Positions 63,442 to 64,000 of a DNA stretch of 64,000 bases are shown one piece after another (the stretch's first letter is position 1; each line of letters begins with the position of its first letter). Both the position numbers and the translations under genes were made by a program. Origin of the DNA: Opitutia bacterium (lineage in GTDB: Bacteria; Verrucomicrobiota; Verrucomicrobiia; Opitutales; Opitutaceae); assembly GCA_947478395.1 (NCBI GenBank), contig CANJVR010000006.1, forward strand, positions 32,001 through 96,000, given 5' to 3'. The notes beneath the pieces were generated by a model. That model did not search any database. It was not told the origin of the DNA and was given only the letters and a program-made list of their open reading frames with translations.

Positions 63442-64000
63442 TCAACCGGTAACGCGGCCAATAATGTCCGTCGCTTCCTCGGCGGTGAATCCGCCGCCGA
63501 CGAGATCTTCCGCCGCGACGCCTTCGAAGGCGGCGGGCGAGGTAATGCCCATGCGCACGAGACGCAGCGCGATCGCCGGGTCGAATTCGAACGCCTTCTT
63601 CAACGCGTCCGCCGCCGTCTGCTCCGGGTTGTCGCCGGCGGCCTTGAACTCTTCAATGTCGAGGCGCCAGCCGATGAGCCGGGAAGTGAGGCGGGCATTC
63701 TGCCCTTTGCGGCCGATCGCGATCGCGAGATCATCCGTGGCAACTTTGAGCACAATGCGGTGATTCTTGTCGTCGATGATGATCTCGCGCGGCGTGGCGG
63801 GCTTGAAAGCCTCGATCAGCATTTCGCGCGGGTCCGCGAAATATTTAATGATGTCGATCTTCTCGCCGTTTAATTCGCGGACGATGGTTTTCACGCGTGA
63901 ACCACGAGCGCCGACACATGCGCCGACCGGATCAACTTTCTGGTCCTTGCTCGTGACGGCGATCTTGGTGCGGTAGCCGGGCTCGCGGGCGAACGCCTCG
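63442..64000 (-). CDS. nusA: Transcription termination factor NusA; 5' end is outside the window
   Basis: [35 protein letters not shown] motifs. Confidence 0.95.
   Translation of the reverse strand, partial: EAFAREPGYRTKIAVTSKDQKVDPVGACVGARGSRVKTIVRELNGEKIDIIKYFADPREMLIEAFKPATPREIIIDDKNHRIVLKVATDDLAIAIGRKGQNARLTSRLIGWRLDIEEFKAAGDNPEQTAADALKKAFEFDPAIALRLVRMGITSPAAFEGVAAEDLVGGGFTAEEATDIIGRVTG

Overview
GC-rich bacterial chromosome segment. Gene style and content suggest Verrucomicrobiota/Opitutaceae (my inference, not a database result). Most of the window is core genome: aguB-aguA, hisG, rimO, mpl, priA, hemW, an RluA/RluD-type synthase, cysE, pyrD, hemB, cysS, thrS, eno, recN, the nusA-infB-rbfA-nrnA-truB-ribF operon, tRNA-Leu(GAG) and tRNA-Val(GAC). 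Accessory genes include secreted SGNH esterases, a secreted PL22/Ogl-type lyase, a carboxylesterase, two TonB-dependent receptors and several hypothetical lipoproteins. I found no CRISPR array, prophage, integrase, transposase or defence island, and I cannot support a claim of a new multi-gene system. The best leads are: (1) a 32-aa Lys/Arg-rich gene with its own promoter-like -35 and terminator directly upstream of rimO (candidate small ribosomal protein or leader peptide); (2) a Fur-family regulator lacking the His-rich metal motif, paired with a TPR-like gene; (3) several distinct families of short palindromic intergenic repeats, plus a heptamer tract that appears to be translated; (4) a ~50-aa CxC-containing insertion in ThrRS; (5) apparent absence of Shine-Dalgarno motifs, with pyrimidine-rich leaders instead; (6) two uncharacterised proteins with nucleic-acid-related low-complexity regions. 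Several start codons were moved downstream of the ORF-track starts by eye.
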